The translations under genes were made by a program, and so were the position numbers. The notes under the pieces are model-generated. The model was not told the origin of the DNA, ran no database searches, and saw only the letters and a program-made list of their open reading frames with translations. From assembly GCA_963770425.1 (NCBI GenBank), contig CAVYPQ010000007.1, forward strand, positions 84,864 to 148,863: a DNA stretch of 64,000 bases. Reading direction: 5' to 3'. The DNA comes from an uncultured Alphaproteobacteria bacterium. Lineage in GTDB: Bacteria; Pseudomonadota; Alphaproteobacteria; Rhizobiales; Xanthobacteraceae. Below are positions 41,855-50,493 of the stretch, piece after piece. How positions within the stretch are numbered: the first letter of the stretch is position 1; the number at the start of each line of letters is the position of its first letter.

Positions 41855-42370
41855 TCAGATCGGCACCGCCATGGCCTCGAACGCGCCATCGCAATTGATC
41901 AGATCGACGCGCTTCTGCACGATGCGGAAAGTGTCGCCATGGCGCCGCAGATGATGGCGTTGCCGCCCGGCGAACAGCCGCTGCACATCGTCGCGGTACT
42001 CGACCATGATGAATGTCGAGCCGACGCGGAATTCGCCCTTGCCGTCGTCGACATGCTCGATCACCACGTTGCCGACGATATGCGCGGTGCGCGACGGCGG
42101 CGTCTGCACATGGATGCGCGGATGTTCGAGCCGCTCGATCCGCGTCTTCATCAGGTCGCGGTCGTCATAGAACAGCGAGGCCTGATCGAACGGACTCTTC
42201 TGATCGGGCACCGCCGGCACCCAATAGGTGCCGTCGTCGGCGAACAGCGCCATCCAGTCGCGGAAGCGCCGCTCGTCGAGCAGGCGCGCCTCGTCGATGA
42301 GAAAATCCTCGAACGGCGCGCGGTCGATCCCGGCGGCCAGCGCCAGCCTGCGTGTCGCGAGCGCCATCAC
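41855..42370 (-). CDS. aromatic-ring-hydroxylating dioxygenase beta subunit
   Basis: 171 aa with an NTF2-like small-subunit pattern (EARLLDERRFRDWMALFADDGTYWVP...DLMKTRIERL). The start overlaps the alpha-subunit stop (42367-42370). Confidence 0.85.
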   Translation of the reverse strand: MMALATRRLALAAGIDRAPFEDFLIDEARLLDERRFRDWMALFADDGTYWVPAVPDQKSPFDQASLFYDDRDLMKTRIERLEHPRIHVQTPPSRTAHIVGNVVIEHVDDGKGEFRVGSTFIMVEYRDDVQRLFAGRQRHHLRRHGDTFRIVQKRVDLINCDGAFEAMAVPI

Positions 42371-43698
42371 GCCGCCTCGTCCATGTAGCCGAGCCAGGCT
42401 TTGTACTGCGCGCGCACCACCATCTCGTGCGTGGCAAGGCCGCGCGTCGCGTTGGTGGCGCTGTCGGGCTCTTCGGCGCCCAGGCCGCGCGAGATATCGA
42501 CCCAGTCGGTCAGATGGCTCTGCAAGCCCTTCTGCGCGCGCACGAACGATTCCAGATCGTCGGTCTGCACGAACGAGGCGGCCGAATGGGTGACGTTGAG
42601 CAGGCGGATGTTGGCGAAATTCATCTCCGCCGGCGCACCCGAAAGCCGGATCGGATAGATGTTCACTTCGGTGCGGTCGACCGCGATCGGCTTGATCACC
42701 CGCACGTGGATGTTCAAGCCCATGATCGACATGTTCGGATAGATCAGCGAATTGTGCAGCCGCGGCGTGAGGATTTCCTCCGCCCGCTCGGCGCCGGCCT
42801 TCTCGGCCAGCACGCGCTTGTATTCGTCGAATACCGGGCTCGACCGCTTGCCCTCGTCGAGCGTGGTGTTGCTGGTCCAGCCGTGGCCGTTGCCGGCGGT
42901 GAAGCTCTTGCGGTCCTTCCAGGAAGCCGCGGTCTGCTTCTTCTCGGTCTCGATGACGGCGGCGCCCTTCTGGTCGCCCTCGCGGCGCGCGAACTGCACG
43001 CCCTGTTTGTTGACCGTGGAGGCGTGGCCGAACGGCACGTGATAGGAGTCGAGCACGTTCTCGACCTGAAGCTTCCAGTTGCCGTTATAGACGTAGCGAT
43101 GCATGCCGGCGTCGAGCGACAGCGTGCCGTCGGGCGCGCGATCGACCAGATCGTCGATGTTGCCCTTCATCGGGCCGATATGATCCTCGAAACTCGGGCC
43201 CCTGTCGGCGAGGCTCGCGAACACGAAGCCGCGATATTCGCCGACGCGCGGCGCGCGCGCGAGGCCGAGCGCATCCTTGTTGAATCCCGCGCCGCAGCCC
43301 TCCGGCACCGGCACCGTCGCGAGCTTGCCGTCGGTATCGAACGACCAGCCGTGATAGCAGCACGTCAGCCGCTGGGCGTGGCCGCGGCGGTCGTTGACCA
43401 CCTTGGCGCCGCGGTGGGTGCAGCGGTTGAGCAGCACATGCACCGAGCCGTCGCTGTGGCGCGTCATGACGACGGGCTGGCGGCCGAGCTCGGTGGTGAT
43501 GTAGTCGCCCGGATTCGGCACCTGGCTGGTGTGACCGACAAACAGCCAGGCGCGGCCGAAGATGCGCTCCATCTCCAGCTCGAACAGATCGGGATCGGTA
43601 TAGACGCGCCGATGCACGCGGCCGGGCTCGATCAGCTTGGCGATCTCGTCGGCGTGTCCGTTGCGCATGCGATGACAATTCCTGAACGTGATCGTCAT
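42367..43698 (-). CDS. Rieske aromatic-ring-hydroxylating dioxygenase alpha subunit
   Basis: 443 aa with the Rieske motif CTHRGAKV...CCYHGWSF and a catalytic-domain His/Asp region (DSYHVPFGH). Confidence 0.9.
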   Translation of the reverse strand: MTITFRNCHRMRNGHADEIAKLIEPGRVHRRVYTDPDLFELEMERIFGRAWLFVGHTSQVPNPGDYITTELGRQPVVMTRHSDGSVHVLLNRCTHRGAKVVNDRRGHAQRLTCCYHGWSFDTDGKLATVPVPEGCGAGFNKDALGLARAPRVGEYRGFVFASLADRGPSFEDHIGPMKGNIDDLVDRAPDGTLSLDAGMHRYVYNGNWKLQVENVLDSYHVPFGHASTVNKQGVQFARREGDQKGAAVIETEKKQTAASWKDRKSFTAGNGHGWTSNTTLDEGKRSSPVFDEYKRVLAEKAGAERAEEILTPRLHNSLIYPNMSIMGLNIHVRVIKPIAVDRTEVNIYPIRLSGAPAEMNFANIRLLNVTHSAASFVQTDDLESFVRAQKGLQSHLTDWVDISRGLGAEEPDSATNATRGLATHEMVVRAQYKAWLGYMDEAA

Positions 43699-43711
43699 GG
43701 CCGGACGTGCC

Positions 43712-43805
43712 CGCGAAGCGAGCCTCGAACGGCGACGTGCCCGACCGTCCAGGCCGCATCCTTCGAGGATCGCCGCTGGACGCCCGGCACGAGGCCAGGC
43801 ATGAC
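43712..43805. repeat. composite REP-like elements (degenerate copy of the 53007 family plus a cgcccggcacgaggccaggcatgac unit)
   Basis: gcgaagcgagcctcgaacggcgacg...gcatccttcgagg parallels gcggagcgagcctcgaagggcgacgg...gcatccttcgagg at 53025-53072. Confidence 0.55.
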
Positions 43806-43819
43806 GCAGTTGAATGGAA

Positions 43820-44756
43820 CTACTCCGCCGCGGTCCGGTGCGCGTCGTTCTGCACCTGCGCGTTGATCAGTTGCAGCGGCGAGGCGGTCTCTTCCAGCAT
43901 GCCCCAGCTCTTGAGCCAGTCGTAGGTGCGCTGCAGCTCGTCGGCCGGGATCGGCGCCGGATCGCAGACCACGAGCCGGCTCTCGCGCAGATCCGTCGAC
44001 CTTGAGCGCGGCGATCTCCGGATCCTTCTTGGCGTAGTAGTCGATGAAATAGTGCATGTACGCCTTCTTGTTGGCGTTGATGCGCTTCACCGCCTCGCGC
44101 ACCGCGCGATTGAACGCCGCGTAGGTCTCGGCGTCGACCCGGTTGGAGGCGACCTCGGTGCCGTGGAAGAAGGCCGAGCAGATGGTGCGGCAGCCCATCT
44201 TCTCGGCGAGCGTGATGTGCGGCTCGGTCAGCGTGGTGGCTTCGATCTCGCCTTTCATCAGCGCATCGAGCCGATAGCGCGAGCCGTTCGGCGCGCGGCA
44301 GACCTTGATCATCTCGCGCGGCACGAAACCTTCCAGCATGTGCAGCGCGATGTAGTGCGTGCCGAAATAGAACGGCAGGCCGATCAGCCGGTTGGCCATC
44401 TGCTGCGGCGTGTAAACCGGGGAGTCGGGGCGAACCACGAGCGCCGAATAGGCGATGATGGCGCGGCGGCCGAGCTGGCGGCTGTTCTGGTCGGTGTCCT
44501 GGACGCGGCAGTAGTTGCCCCATTCGCAGGCGTTGTACATGTCGGCCTTGCCTTGCTCGAGCAGCTTGCCGTGGCTGGCGAACGGATCGACGCCCTTGGG
44601 CGAGGTGACGTTGACCTGGACCTTCTTCTCGACGCCGACTTCGCGATCGGCCCATTCGATGTCGAGGCCCTCCTTGGCGAACAGGCCTTCGTCATAGGCC
44701 ACGAGTTCGGGCAGGCCTTGGAACGGCGCGGTGGTCTCCAGGACGAGTTTCTTCAT
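43820..44756 (-). pseudogene. NMT1/THI5-like ABC-type substrate-binding protein (no signal peptide), one frameshift near 43998
   Basis: MKKLVLETTAPFQGLPELVAYDEGLFAKEGLDIEW...YYAKKDPEIAALKVD is followed, one frame over, by DLRESRLVVCDPAPIPADELQRTYDWLKSWGMLEETASPLQLINAQVQNDAHRTAAE*, with the stop at 43820. SD AAGGAGAA lies upstream of ATG 44756. Confidence 0.65.
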
Positions 44757-44769
44757 CGCGGTTCTCCTT

Positions 44770-44807
44770 TGTCGGCTGAGGCATCTGCTGTCGGCTGAGG
44801 TATCTGC
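44770..44807. repeat. 19-bp tandem direct repeat in the 5' leader of the binding-protein gene
   Basis: tgtcggctgaggcatctgc is followed by tgtcggctgaggtatctgc (one mismatch). The pair lies immediately upstream of the SD of the gene starting at 44756. Confidence 0.8.
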
Positions 44808-44876
44808 ATACTTGACTCCGGAGCGCGGCGCGGTCAAGGCTTCGGCGCGTAAATTGCATGAATATCCGACTGTAGG

Positions 44877-44889
44877 ATTGTTGAACAAT
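44877..44889. promoter_or_regulatory. 13-bp perfect palindrome ATTGTT-G-AACAAT overlapping the GntR start codon (candidate operator)
   Basis: The palindrome is seen directly in the sequence. Its function is inferred only from its position in the divergent regulator/catabolic intergenic region. Confidence 0.3.
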
Positions 44890-45640
44890 GGCCTACGACC
44901 CGACCCCGATCCGGCGCGACAGCGTCATCACCCAGGCGGCGCAGGAAATCTGCCGGCTGGTCGAGGCCGAGAGCCTCGGCCCGGGCGACGCGCTGCCGAC
45001 GGAGACCCGGCTTGCGGAGCTGCTCGGCGTCAGCCGCAACTCGGTGCGCGAGGCGCTGCGCGTGCTGCACGGGCTCGGCTATGTGGAGAAGGCGGCCGGG
45101 CGGCGCGTCACCGTCACCGCGTCGGCGCCCGGCGGCAAAGGCATGTTCGACGAAGGCGTGATGATCGAGGCGGCGCCGATCGCCAACGACGTGCGCTCGC
45201 ACATCGCGCAGAAATGCGCCGAGCTTGCCGCCGCGCGGCTGTCGATGGCCGAGCTTGGCCAGATGGAGGGCGCCCTGCTGGCGCTCGAAGCCGCCATCGC
45301 CCGCAAGGACGCGGCCGCCGCCAAGGCCGCGCATGACAATTTCCACGGCCTGTTTCTGGCCGGCGCGCGCAATCCGCTGCTGGTCGCGATGTTCAACCAG
45401 GCGCAGGGCGCGCGGCTGTCCAACGTCTCGCCGAAGCACAACAGCTTCTACGACCCGCGGCACCTCGAGCAGCACAAGGCGCTGCTGCGCGCGCTGCGCA
45501 AGCGCGACGGCCGGGCGGCACGCGCTGTGGTTCGCAAGCATTTCGAGAGCCTCGGTCTCATGCTCGAAGTCGCCGCCCGGGCGAGCCGCAAAGCGCAGGC
45601 CGCGGCGGTTGTGCCGTTGCGCCGCCGCACCGCGCGCTGA
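44888..45640 (+). CDS. GntR-family transcriptional regulator (FadR/FCD subfamily)
   Basis: 250 aa with the wHTH motif LPTETRLAELLGVSRNSVREALRVL and a helical FCD-type C-domain. Confidence 0.85.
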   Translation: MAYDPTPIRRDSVITQAAQEICRLVEAESLGPGDALPTETRLAELLGVSRNSVREALRVLHGLGYVEKAAGRRVTVTASAPGGKGMFDEGVMIEAAPIANDVRSHIAQKCAELAAARLSMAELGQMEGALLALEAAIARKDAAAAKAAHDNFHGLFLAGARNPLLVAMFNQAQGARLSNVSPKHNSFYDPRHLEQHKALLRALRKRDGRAARAVVRKHFESLGLMLEVAARASRKAQAAAVVPLRRRTAR

Positions 45641-45652
45641 AGCGCGCGCGCC

Positions 45653-47041
45653 TCACGGCGAGACTTCTTCCAGCACGCGCCGGCGCGTCTCGATCATGAA
45701 GGTCGCGGCGATGCAGCCGATGACGGCGAAAATCGAGAACGCCAGGAACACGCCGCTGATGCCGTAGCGCGGCAGTACGAAGCCGACGATCAGCGGGCCG
45801 ACCGTGGCGGCGACGCGCAGCCAGAAGCTGCCCCAGCTCACGCCGAGCGCCCGCATCCGCGTCGGATAGATCTCGGCGGTGTAGAGGAAGATCGTCATGT
45901 TCATCGAGCCGAGCCACGCCGAGCAGAACATGAAACCGAGCAGCATGCCGAACGCCGTGCCGGCGCCGAACGCCCACAGCCAGATCAGTCCGGCCGCGGT
46001 GAGAAAGAACGCCGCGGTGAACCAGTAGCGCCGGCCGGTATTGTCGATCAGGAACGCGCAGATCAGCGAGCCGACCAGGCTGCCGACCGGAGCGAAGATC
46101 GCGTAGTTGAGCGCCTGCTGCAGCGGCAGGTGATAGACCTCGCGATAGAGGGTGGGGATCCAGCCCTGCAGGCCGTAGGCGATGATGTAGCACGACGCCC
46201 AGATCACCCAGACCAGCAGCGTGCGCGAGCGATAGAAGCTGCCGAACAGTTCCTGCCAGCGGGTCTCCTTGCCGAGCGGCTGCACTGTCAGGTCTGGCAC
46301 CGGTGGCAACGGGCGAACGCCGTTGTGCGACACGGCGCGCTCGATCCCGGTCATGATCCGGTCGGCCTCGTCGAGGCGGCCCTGTGAGGCGAGCCAGCGC
46401 GGCGATTCCGGGCAGAAGCGCTGCATCACCAGCGCCACGATTCCCGGCAGCGCGCCGATGATGAACATCCATTGCCAGCCGAACCGCGGCACCACCGATG
46501 CGCCGGCGACGCCGGACATCAACAGCCCGACCGGAAAGATGATCTGATACGTCAGGAAGCGCCCGCCGCGGCGGTCGGCGCGCAGGATTTCGCTGATATA
46601 GGTCGAAGCGATCGGGATTTCGCCACCGAGACCGATGCCTTGCAGAAAGCGGCAGACGATGAGCTGGTCGTAGCTGCTGGTCAGCGCGCAGGCGAGACTC
46701 ATCACCGCGAAAATCGCAATCGCGATCCGCGCCGTGCTGACGCGGCCGATGCGCTCGGCGATCCAGCCGAAGGTGAGCGCGCCCAGCGCCTGGCCGAAAT
46801 TCGCGCTGGAGATGAGCAGGCCGATACTGTGCGGCGCGATGTGCCACTCGCGCACCAGCACCGGCAGCACATAGGCGATGGCGAGCGAATCGAACGAATC
46901 AAAGAAGATCGCGACGCCGAGGATCGCCGTGACGGTGATGTGCCAGCCCGAATAGGGCAGCCGCTCCAGCCGCGCCGCGATCGTTTGCTCGGTCACGGGC
47001 AGCGCCTGTGGCGTCACGCTTCGCGGCAAGGCGTCGGACAT
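45653..47041 (-). CDS. MFS transporter, aromatic-acid/sugar-porter-like
   Basis: Begins at MSDALPRSV. It carries the GWIAERIGR, RFLQGIGLGGEIP and PESPRWL motifs, with 12 TM segments. Confidence 0.85.
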   Translation of the reverse strand: MSDALPRSVTPQALPVTEQTIAARLERLPYSGWHITVTAILGVAIFFDSFDSLAIAYVLPVLVREWHIAPHSIGLLISSANFGQALGALTFGWIAERIGRVSTARIAIAIFAVMSLACALTSSYDQLIVCRFLQGIGLGGEIPIASTYISEILRADRRGGRFLTYQIIFPVGLLMSGVAGASVVPRFGWQWMFIIGALPGIVALVMQRFCPESPRWLASQGRLDEADRIMTGIERAVSHNGVRPLPPVPDLTVQPLGKETRWQELFGSFYRSRTLLVWVIWASCYIIAYGLQGWIPTLYREVYHLPLQQALNYAIFAPVGSLVGSLICAFLIDNTGRRYWFTAAFFLTAAGLIWLWAFGAGTAFGMLLGFMFCSAWLGSMNMTIFLYTAEIYPTRMRALGVSWGSFWLRVAATVGPLIVGFVLPRYGISGVFLAFSIFAVIGCIAATFMIETRRRVLEEVSP

Positions 47042-47733
47042 TGTGGTTCCTCCCCAGTGTTCCTTGCAGGGTGCCATAACTTTCCCGCTCCCGCGAACCG
47101 TGAACAAGCAAGCGTTCCCGTTCTCGCGGCGCGTTTTTGCGCCCGAGCTATTGGCACAGCATGGAAAAAAGTGCCTCCAAACACCCAAAGGGGAGGCGGA
47201 GCGCCGAAAGGCGCGTAGTTAGAGACCGCTCCGCGCTATCGCAGCGTTGCCGCTGGGCGGGGTCGCGGCGCGCGCCGCTTTTGGCGGACGCGCTCGCCTT
47301 CCGGCGCTCTACCGCGGTTCTCGCCGAGATTTTATCCTCGGCTCAGTCCGGTCCCGCGCTTCATGATAGCGACGACATGCGCTACCCGGGCAGCCAGCTC
47401 CTGGCAGACCTGCGTCATGGCAGGCCGGGCGAGTTTCCGAACCGCCCGCGAATGGAGTTACGAGCCCCATCCCGGGCACCGCTCCCGCTCGCATCAATCG
47501 GCCGTCACCGGTTGACGTCCCTTAGAACGAGCAGGATGAGGTCTCTTAGTTCGTCGCGCGGCCAAGCACCAACAAAATCTCCAGGCGCGTGTTATCTCTC
47601 TGATGCGACGCGCTTTTTATTTTTCTGTTTGTTTGCTTGGCAGCCGCAAAAAATGTGGCATTGCCGCCATGATTTGCGGCGTTTGGCTAACGTGCGGAGA
47701 ACATGGATATATTTAAATTGAAAGTGCGTCGTT

Positions 47734-47918
47734 GCCGGGCTTGACCCGGCAAACCATGCGACGCTGTAGCAGCCTCGGAAATTCAGCATAGACCACCGGG
47801 TCAAGCCCGGTGGTGACGAAGTGGAGCCGGTAGGGCGGATTAGCGCAGCGTAATCCGCCATTCTCATTCGGCCTTGCGATTCGTAAGGCGGATTACGCCT
47901 TCGGCTAATCCGCCCTAC
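47734..47918. repeat. cluster of four REP-like hairpins from two families
   Basis: The hairpins are gccgggcttgacccggc, ccgggtcaagcccgg, gtagggcggattagcgcagcgtaatccgcc and ggcggattacgccttcggctaatccgccctac. Confidence 0.7.
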
Positions 47919-47933
47919 GCATGTTGTCCAAAA

Positions 47934-48158
47934 TTACCGGATGCAGATCAGCGTGCCGTTCGGGCCGGGAACGGCGGGACGGCCGGTATGCCGGATGCAC
48001 CAGGACTGGTTCTGGCCGCCCCAGATGCAGCGGCCCGTCACGCTGCTGCGATGCCGGTTCGGGCCGCAGCCGCCGAGCGCGGACGCCGGCGCAACGGCCG
48101 ACCACAACGTGGCTGAAATAATCACGGCTCCGAGCAGGACAGATCCGATCGATTTCAT
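47934..48158 (-). CDS. small secreted Cys-rich protein (74 aa), GCG_CRPN-like
   Basis: The inner start ATG 48158 has SD GGGAGG. The signal peptide is MKSIGSVLLGAVIISATLWSAVAPASA. The mature part is LGGCGPNRHRSSVTGRCIWGGQNQSWCIRHTGRPAVPGPNGTLICIR (4 Cys). Confidence 0.6.
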   Translation of the reverse strand: MKSIGSVLLGAVIISATLWSAVAPASALGGCGPNRHRSSVTGRCIWGGQNQSWCIRHTGRPAVPGPNGTLICIR

Positions 48159-48455
48159 GGAAGCCTCCCTTTGTGCGGCAAATGCCGCAAGCCGGCTGCG
48201 CTTATATTTCAAGGAACACTTCGGTAAAGCTCGCCACCATCATGCTGCGGCGCGGCAACCGGCGCTTTCGGCAGTTATCGTCAACAATCCGGGAATGATC
48301 GCTGATGATTTGATCGCGGGTCACGCGGAGGTCGCTGCGAGGTCGTGAAGAATAGGTAATTTTGTGATGGCCAGCACAGTGGCCGCCGGAAGCCGCCGTT
48401 AGCCTCCTGACATGAGAAGGGCAATCACGCCCTTCCAGGAAAACAGGAGCTGACA

Positions 48456-48698
48456 ATGATGACGACCCTCAGAACCCTCTTGGTTCTCGCGATCGCGGCC
48501 TCCACCCTCACGGCAGCGGGCACGGAAGGAGCGCTGGCGGCGTGCAAACGCGGCAACCCGAACTGTCTGTCGGGCGGCGGCGCGCCGACGCCATGCGGCG
48601 GCAAGTTGCATCCCTGCCAGATCGATTCCGGCCTCGGCAGTGCCTGCAAGGGAGCCGGCGCCCAGTGCGGCTTCATAAATCTGCCGGGCGGCCACTAG
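48456..48698 (+). CDS. small secreted Cys-rich protein (80 aa)
   Basis: SD AGGAG lies upstream. The signal peptide is MMTTLRTLLVLAIAASTLTAAGTEGALA. The mature part has 6 Cys (CKRGNPNC...PCGGKLHPC...SACKGAGAQC). Confidence 0.55.
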   Translation: MMTTLRTLLVLAIAASTLTAAGTEGALAACKRGNPNCLSGGGAPTPCGGKLHPCQIDSGLGSACKGAGAQCGFINLPGGH

Positions 48699-48708
48699 TG
48701 TTGCGTTT

Positions 48709-48751
48709 CCCGGGCGCAGCGCAGCACGCAGTGATGCGCTGCAGACCCGGG
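48709..48751. repeat. REP-like palindromic element (reverse-complement copy of 24687..24728); possible terminator
   Basis: cccgggcgcagcgcagcacgcagtgatgcgctgcagacccggg lies 10 nt after the stop of the 80-aa gene. Confidence 0.7.
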
Positions 48752-48867
48752 AGCGTTCTGAACTCGGAATGCGCGACGATTCCGCATCAGCAAAGAAATG
48801 TAGCGTGGGTATCCACGGCCGCGGCGCATCATGGAGCATCACGGGAATGGGAAAGATCGCCTCGATG

Positions 48868-49260
48868 TCAGACCGAGGCGACGCAATCGATCTCGATATC
48901 GAACGGCCCTGGATGCGCGACGACATTCACGAACATGCGTGCGGGCGGATCCTTCGGAAAGAATTTCGCATAGACGCCGTTGACGGCCGGGAACATCGCC
49001 ACCGAGGTGCAATAGACGGTGCACATCAAAATGTTGTCGAGGGAGGAGCCGGCGGTCTCCATGCACAGTTTCAACTGCTCGAGTACCAATTCAGTCTGGC
49101 GCTCGATCGGCGCCTTGACGATTTCGCCGGTCGCCGGATCAAACGGCGGCAGGCCGGACACATAAAGCGTATTGCCGTGACGGGTCATCACGGAAGCGGG
49201 CGCCTTGTAACGCTCCAGATAACTTGAAAGCGGCTCGACCCTTATGGTCTCCCGGCTCAT
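48868..49260 (-). CDS. RidA/YjgF family protein
   Basis: Begins at [30 protein letters not shown]...[10 protein letters not shown]...ARMFVNV...FDIEIDCVA is typical of RidA. Confidence 0.85.
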   Translation of the reverse strand: MSRETIRVEPLSSYLERYKAPASVMTRHGNTLYVSGLPPFDPATGEIVKAPIERQTELVLEQLKLCMETAGSSLDNILMCTVYCTSVAMFPAVNGVYAKFFPKDPPARMFVNVVAHPGPFDIEIDCVASV

Positions 49261-49471
49261 AGCGGCAGTATTTCCCTTCAAGGCATGACGCTCGAATTTT
49301 TGGCAAACAGAGGCGGCTCCTGCCGCCTGTCTGCCATGCAATGCTTACGCCCATCAGGCGGGGATCGCCTGTTATGGGTTGTGAGACGCTGTTAGCAAGC
49401 GTAGCGCGGACCGGGCGGAGCGAAATGATATGCCGTGCCGCCAGGAGCGATGCCGGTGCCGGCGAAGGCCT

Positions 49472-50119
49472 TCATTGCGGCAACTCTTTGCCGGACTGCT
49501 CAGCCACAATGTAGGCGGCGTACCAGTCCGGCCAGTTCGCATCGCGCTGTCCGATACGCTTCTCGTGCAAGCCGTGAGCGGCCTCCGCGCGCCGGAGCGC
49601 GCTCGCCAGGTCGCTTGCGGAGCCGAAGGGATTGGCACCAGGTCCGACACGCAACGGGTCCGGCGCCGTGATCTCCTGCAATTGCCAGATGTTGCCGTCC
49701 GGATCATTGAAAACGGCGCGCGAGCGGCGGGAAAGACGCGCGGGATGCAGGCCGCTGCCGCGGCCTTCCGGGCCGTCGTGGAAGAACGCGCCGACCTCGA
49801 CGCCGGCGGCGACCAGGCGGTCCCGGGCGGCGACGATGTCGCTAACGATCAGGAATGCCTTGGCCGAACCGGGAGCGGCCGACGTGACGTTCTTGCCGAA
49901 ATGGACCGAGCAACCGGAGCCCGGCGGCGTGAACTGGACCAGGCGGAAATCCTTGCCGGCGGAGCGGTCGATGTCGAACCGCCACCCGATCGCACCGTAA
50001 AACTCCTTCGCGCGCTCGATATCCGAAACGGGGATGACGATGACCTCAAGCTTCATGTCGATTGCCGCGACGGCCGCGTTTCTTGCCGCGTCTTTGCCAA
50101 GGACTTCACTGATGCTCAT
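49472..50119 (-). CDS. VOC (glyoxalase/bleomycin-resistance/dioxygenase) family protein
   Basis: Begins at MSISEVLGK. It has a VOC fold block (VIPVSDIERAKEFY...GWRFD...FNDPDGNIWQLQE) plus a helical C-terminal extension. Confidence 0.8.
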   Translation of the reverse strand: MSISEVLGKDAARNAAVAAIDMKLEVIVIPVSDIERAKEFYGAIGWRFDIDRSAGKDFRLVQFTPPGSGCSVHFGKNVTSAAPGSAKAFLIVSDIVAARDRLVAAGVEVGAFFHDGPEGRGSGLHPARLSRRSRAVFNDPDGNIWQLQEITAPDPLRVGPGANPFGSASDLASALRRAEAAHGLHEKRIGQRDANWPDWYAAYIVAEQSGKELPQ

Positions 50120-50378
50120 GGGTACCTCCTGTGTTCCGTGCGGGATCGCCCTGACGGTTCTATCCACGAAGGAAATGGGGCGGCGGGCTCAAACGACTTG
50201 GATCTTCGATGGGCGGCATTCCGCGCCCAACCCGCACGCTCGTCGCCAATCGATCGCTGCTGAAGCTCCAACCCGAATGGTTTCGAGACGCTGCATCACA
50301 ATGTCGCGACTGTCGTAACTGTCAAAGCTGCTGAAGCGCGTGGGCACGACGCTTCGCGTCTCAGCCCACCCCACACAT

Positions 50379-50492
50379 CTACGTTTTTTGCGGCCGCGCG
50401 GGCTTCATCTGCAATTGCGCCAGGAACGGCACCAGCGGGTGCGCGCCGATCTTGACGATGGTCGGCAGGTCGAGCTTGATCAGGGCGTCGCG
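50379..50492 (-). pseudogene. orphan duplicate of the last 36-37 codons of the extradiol dioxygenase gene (direct repeat copy A)
   Basis: It translates as RDALIKLDLPTIVKIGAHPLVPFLAQLQMKPARPQKT*, versus RDALIKLDLPTIVKMGAHPLVPFLAQLQMKHQRPRG* at 51255..51365. Identical nucleotide blocks aacggcaccagcgggtgcgcgcc and ttgacgatggtcggcaggtcgagcttgatcag are present in both copies. Confidence 0.85.
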
Positions 50493-50493
50493 G

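Noticed and set aside
47200-47700. A search for an integrase, transposase or tRNA remnant that could mark an island border next to the REP cluster.
   Set aside because: Six-frame reading by eye gave only short broken frames (for example MTQVCQELAARVAHVVAIMKRGTGL) with no recognisable recombinase motifs and no cloverleaf-like tRNA sequence.
49392-49475. 27-codon mini-ORF (MKAFAGTGIAPGGTAYHFAPPGPRYAC) whose ATG overlaps the VOC gene stop (ATGA at 49472-49475).
   Set aside because: It is an attractive candidate for a coupled micropeptide or RiPP-like precursor. However, there is no modifying enzyme nearby, no independent SD and no conservation evidence, and short open frames are frequent by chance in this G+C range. 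It is worth only a conservation check.
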